NCBI GenBank assembly: GCA_026770705.1
Contig: JANJGN010000052.1
Span: 1-64,000 of the forward strand
Direction: 5' to 3'
DNA from: Isurus oxyrinchus
Lineage: Eukaryota
Length of the DNA stretch: 64,000 nucleotides
Of this stretch, positions 62,940 through 64,000 are shown in pieces (position 1 is the first letter of the stretch; every line of letters begins with the position of its first letter). A program made the translations under genes and the position numbers. Under the pieces are notes generated by a model. It saw only the letters and a list, made by a program, of their open reading frames with translations, had not been told where the DNA came from and did not search any database.

Positions 62940-63850
62940 TGCAGCACTGTCAAAGGGTCAGTACTGAGGGAGTGCTGCATGTGGGAGGGTCAGTACTGAG
63001 GGAGTGCTGCACTGTGGGAGGGTCAGTACTGAGGGAGTGCTGCATGTGGGAGGGTCAGTACTGAGGGAGTGCTGCACTGTGGGAGGGTGAGTACTGAGGG
63101 AGTGCTGCATGTGGGAGGGTCAGTACTGAGGGAGTGCTGCACTGTGGGAGGGTCAGTACTGAGTGAGTGCTGCATGTGGGAGGGTCAGTACTGAGAGAGT
63201 GCTGCACTGTGGGAGGGTCAGTACTGAGTGAGTGCTGCATGTGGGAGGGTCAGTACTGAGGGAATGCTGCACTGTCAGAGGTTCAGTACTGTGGAAGTGC
63301 TGCACTGTGGGTGGGGGGGAGATTCTGTACTGTGGAAGTGCAGCACTGTTTGAAGGACTCGACCGAGGATCTGTTGTATTTTCAGATGGTCAGTCAGGAG
63401 GGAGATATGAAATGTTAGATTTTCAGTCCTGACGGAGCACTGCAGAGTTGGAGGGTCAGCAGTGAAGGAGTGCTGCACTGTCGGAGAGTCAGTACTGAGG
63501 GATTGTTTCATTATTGGAGGGTCAGTACTGAGGCAGTGCTGCACTGTCAGAGGGTCAGTACTGAGGGAGTGCTGCAATGTCAGAGGGTCAGTACTGAGGG
63601 AGAGCTGCAATTTCAGCAGGTCAGTACTGAGGGAGTGCTGCACTGTCAGAGGGTCAGTACTGAGGGAGCGCTACACTGTCAGAGGGTCAGTGCTGAGGGA
63701 GTTCTGCACTGTTGGAGGGTCAGTACTGAGGGATTGCTGCACTGTTGGAGGATCAGTACTGAGGGAGTGCTGCACTGTCAGGCGGTCAGTACTGAGGGAG
63801 TGCTGCACTGTCAGGCGGTCAGTACTGAGGGAGTGCTGCACTGTCAGGGG
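62940..63850. repeat. 33-bp minisatellite (with 31-bp variant units)
   Basis: Same unit. Confidence 0.9.
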
Positions 63851-64000
63851 GTTAGTATATTGTGAATGATGCTCTGCTCTATCAGCTTCTTGGCTGGAAA
63901 AAAAAGCTCCAGTGTTAATGTTCAGAAACTGTCATTAACTGTTTTCTGGTTAGTGTTTTTCCCTAAACTACAGATGATCTGGTTCTCATCAGAATACCTT

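Overview
Eukaryotic, repeat-rich genomic DNA. The repeat content (CR1/L2 LINEs, Penelope elements, DeuSINE-like SINEs) suggests a cartilaginous fish such as a shark; this is inference. Reading splice sites by hand on the minus strand gives a head-to-tail cluster of four Siglec-like (sialic-acid-binding Ig-like lectin) receptor genes built from shared phase-1 Ig exons but ending in different signalling modules. Gene A (17797 to 2928, about 755 aa) is leader-V-5xC2-neutral TM-Tyr tail, and has a second, duplicated tail cassette (1778 to <1) carrying a canonical ITIM (LFYANI) that the proximal cassette lacks (FLYANP). Gene B (38066 to 21372, about 497 aa) is leader-V-V-C2-C2-TM with an intramembrane Arg and a short Tyr-free tail, i.e. 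activating type; its second V domain is about 92% identical to the V of gene A. Gene C (51591 to 41250) is a pseudogenised duplicate of B. Gene D (only its 3' part, 60056 to 54810) has a different tail with three YxN motifs and ITIM/ITAM-like spacing. The TM exons and most tail exons are not visible in the ORF track. The best candidate for a novel system is a paired activating/inhibitory Siglec-like receptor cluster with patchwork-diversified V domains and swappable tails. All gene models are predictions without transcript evidence.
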